This document shows positions 61,117 to 64,000 of a stretch of DNA of 64,000 bases, piece by piece. Both the position numbers and the translations under genes were made by a program. The DNA is from Adineta vaga (lineage: Eukaryota; Animalia; Rotifera). A model generated the notes under the pieces. It did not search any database. It worked only from the letters and a program-made list of their open reading frames with translations, and was not told the DNA's origin. Where the stretch lies: the NCBI GenBank assembly GCA_021613535.1, contig CP075493.1:4650001-4714000 (forward strand). The letters run 5' to 3'. Position 1 is the stretch's first letter. Every line of letters starts with the position of its first letter.

Positions 61117-64000
61117 ATGAGTAAAGTTTTTATCAGTCGATCAGATGCAAGTGTTTCATGGGGCTTTCGACTTCAAGGTGGCTTGGAATATAATGAACCG
61201 TTAACAGTCACCAATGTAAGTTTTCTTATTAGAAAAAAAACAATATCGATTGATTATTGTTGATATATGGATATACATTATCAAGAAAAAAAACAGGAAA
61301 ATAACCACAAGATTTCTAGAAAGAAAGAAAGATAGAGTAGAAAAACTTCTTCCTACAAAAGATTTATGTTTATCAGTAGGAAAAAGAAAAAGAAAAAGAA
61401 ATGATTTTAACTTTCTTAGATCATCCCAGAATCTCCTGCCGATGGTAAACTGGATCCTGGAGATATGATCTCGGAAATAGCTGGTAATAATGTTACTAAC
61501 ATGACTCATCGCGATGCTCTTGATCTTATTCAACATTGTGGAAATGCACTCTTTTTTACTGTTCATAAGTATATATCATGATAGTTTTCTTTTCATCAGT
61601 AAGTATGTTATTACTAATTATGTTGATGTTGTTTTAGAGTCGGTTATTCATATCCACCAGGTGGAGCACAACCACGTCCTGCCCCCGTACAATCATCAAT
61701 GTGGAAACCTGGCGGTCCACCACCAACACAACAACAGCCGCCACAATCTTCATCCTACTATCAACAAGATTTTCAACAACAATCACCTTATTACCAGCAA
61801 AACTATCAGCAACAACAACAACCTTATCATCAATCGAATTTTCAACAGCAGCCGCAACAACCACCGTATTATCAACCGAATTTTCAACAACAGTCGCAAC
61901 AACAACCATCTTATTATCAACAACAACAGCAACCACCCTATTATCAATATGATGCTCATCATCAACAGCAACAACAACCTTATTATCAAAATGATTTTTC
62001 TCATCAACAACAACAACAACAACAACCACCAACACAGTATGGTTATGGTCAATCACCACAGCCTATGTTCAATGCTGCTCCACCAGCTCCTGCTCCACCA
62101 CCACCACCACCACCTCCTCCTCCTCCACCACCGCCACCACCAATGCCTGCAGCAAACATCCCACCACCACCAATATTTGATGCTGATATGATTGCTAATG
62201 CAGCTGCTTCATTAAAAAGTCGACAACCAACTACTGAATCTCATACATCATATGAACAGACAACAGTAATTTGTCTTCCAATAAAATATTTTATATTGAT
62301 CTCATGTTTTTCTTCATCTAGGACATTTCAGCTATTCCTGCTGCACTTGCTAAAAGTCTTGGTCGTCCTGGTGGACCTAAACCATTCACTTATACGCCAG
62401 GTGGTCTTGATCTTTCAAAAATACGTGAATCAGCACGTGTGAGACGGTATGATTGCATCATCAAGACATTTTTCTTTCTAACACGATCGTTGATGACAGG
62501 TCGTGGTCGTAGTCGTACATATACATATATGCGTTTAAGCTTTATTACGTTCTTTTACTTGTCATCATCTGAACAAATGACAATGAAAGAGGTCAATTGT
62601 ATTTGATAGGTGTGAAGTCTTTCGTAATATGAATCTAAAGAATTATTACCAAGTATGAAAAGGGATTACTATCATTTTTTTTTTATCTCAGACGAAAAAA
62701 GGTCGTATGATATATGAAAAGAAAAGTATATAAAGATAAACTTGACCATTTTTTTAACCTTTTGTAAGATTAGAAAAAATGATGACCTTGCTTACAACAA
62801 TATAAATAGTTCATTATTTAATTTCCATATTATAGTCATCGCGAATATGCTTCAAATAATGACGAATCTAATGATATACAAGACATCGAACCAAATATGA
62901 ATCGTCGAATGATGGCTCCACCGGATCAGTATGCATCACAAAATCCAGCTCAAGCATTCAATCAACCTCGACAACAACCACCACAACAAAAGAAACATAT
63001 TCAACATGATACTGACGTGTAAGTTTATTCGCATAAAGAAGAAAGTCTTTTAGTTTACATGACAACATTTTTTTTCTCTATCAGAGTGACACAATCACGT
63101 TCGTTTCAAATGCTTCAAGGTTGGATATCTGATAGTGAAAAAACTGTTCCAACAGCAGTTCCACCACCATCACAACCACAAATACAACCACAGTCACAAT
63201 CATACTCACCATCTTCATCATCATCAACTACAACGACAACAATAAATACAACCTCAGCAGCAGCGGCCACAGCAGCCGCAGCTAAATCAGCAGGTTTGTC
63301 TCTGACCTTTTTTCTATGATTATTAACATAGAGAATTACCTTGGATATATGTCTTTATCCAATGCCAGAAAGTATAACTTGCGATAGATACATAGCGATA
63401 CAATTCACTGAGATAATCATTGATATTTATGTGTCTATGAACAAACTTAAGAATAGAATTTCTAAAAAAAAATAAATCTTATCTAATTGAATAAAAACAA
63501 AATGATATCAAAGTGGATAATTTCTATGATGAGACCTTATGATTTCATGTTTGTATTTCTCCATTGACGATCAACAGACTTCGAGTTATTTTGAATTCCT
63601 TCTGATCGATCTACATTTGTTGACATGTATGATATCTTTTGGTGACCTTATTTCCATATTTTAATGTCATAAGAAGGACATGTTAAATCTTCTTGATTGT
63701 CGTGAAACATTCATCGTCATAATAACCTTGATGTGACTTTTGAAGAATGTTTCTGTTCATTGTTTTTCTAGTTGCTCGAGCTGTTCTTGAAGAACAACAG
63801 ATGGGTAATCGTAGTCGACATAGCAGTAGTTCTGGTCCAACATCAAATCTTCCTTCTCGATCATTTCGTTATTTACAAGAACAATACAATACAAATAATA
63901 ACGATAGTAACGATATGACAACGACAACAACAATCGAAGAAACTGTTGTATCAGGTGAAGGAGTTGGTCTTCGACGTGGTAGTGATGGTCATATGCCATC
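61117..64000 (+). CDS. PDZ-domain ZASP/PDLIM-like protein with Q/P-rich region, runs off the window
   Basis: SWGFRLQGGLEY..MTHRDALDLI PDZ; poly-Q/Y and poly-P; QSRSFQMLQ and PSRSFRYLQ motifs. Confidence 0.75.

Noticed and set aside
61514-62191. Overlapping Asn/His-, Thr-, Val- and Leu-rich ORFs
   Set aside because: Alternative frames of the CAA/CCA-rich exon of the PDZ gene

Overview
AT-rich eukaryotic (metazoan) genomic DNA with short (about 50-90 nt) GT-AG introns. It is most consistent with a bdelloid rotifer (inference from the long-tailed H2A variant, expanded F-box-like/LRR and 7TM families, and bacterial-type genes carrying spliceosomal introns). Content in order: a decaying left part (duplicate GT61 gene, piggyBac deletion derivative, SLC25A44-like and GT92-like pseudogenes), an F-box-like gene, an ERICH3/DUF4590 gene, a GT61 gene, a divergent H2A-variant/H2B pair with stem-loops, EDEM3, a 7TM receptor, FICD, YIPF4, a head-to-tail array of 8 F-box-like ORFs plus 1 pseudo-ORF, an LRR pseudogene, an AA15 LPMO, a Ly6/three-finger protein, a Thr/Tyr/Pro repeat mucin, a RING-TRAF protein, a DUF2383 gene, C12orf4, an ankyrin gene with a GH2 gene nested in intron 1, ACOT9 and a PDZ (ZASP/PDLIM-like) gene. 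The most striking features are two. (1) The F-box-like array and YIPF4 look like a polycistronic unit: gaps are mostly 26-130 nt and each downstream cistron is preceded by an unpaired 3' splice site reading YAG|AT, suggesting SL trans-splicing. (2) The same-strand nested bacterial-type GH2 can be spliced in frame to the ankyrin gene's myristoylated first exon and needs a +1 shift to join its membrane anchor. All family assignments come from motif recognition by eye; no database search was run.
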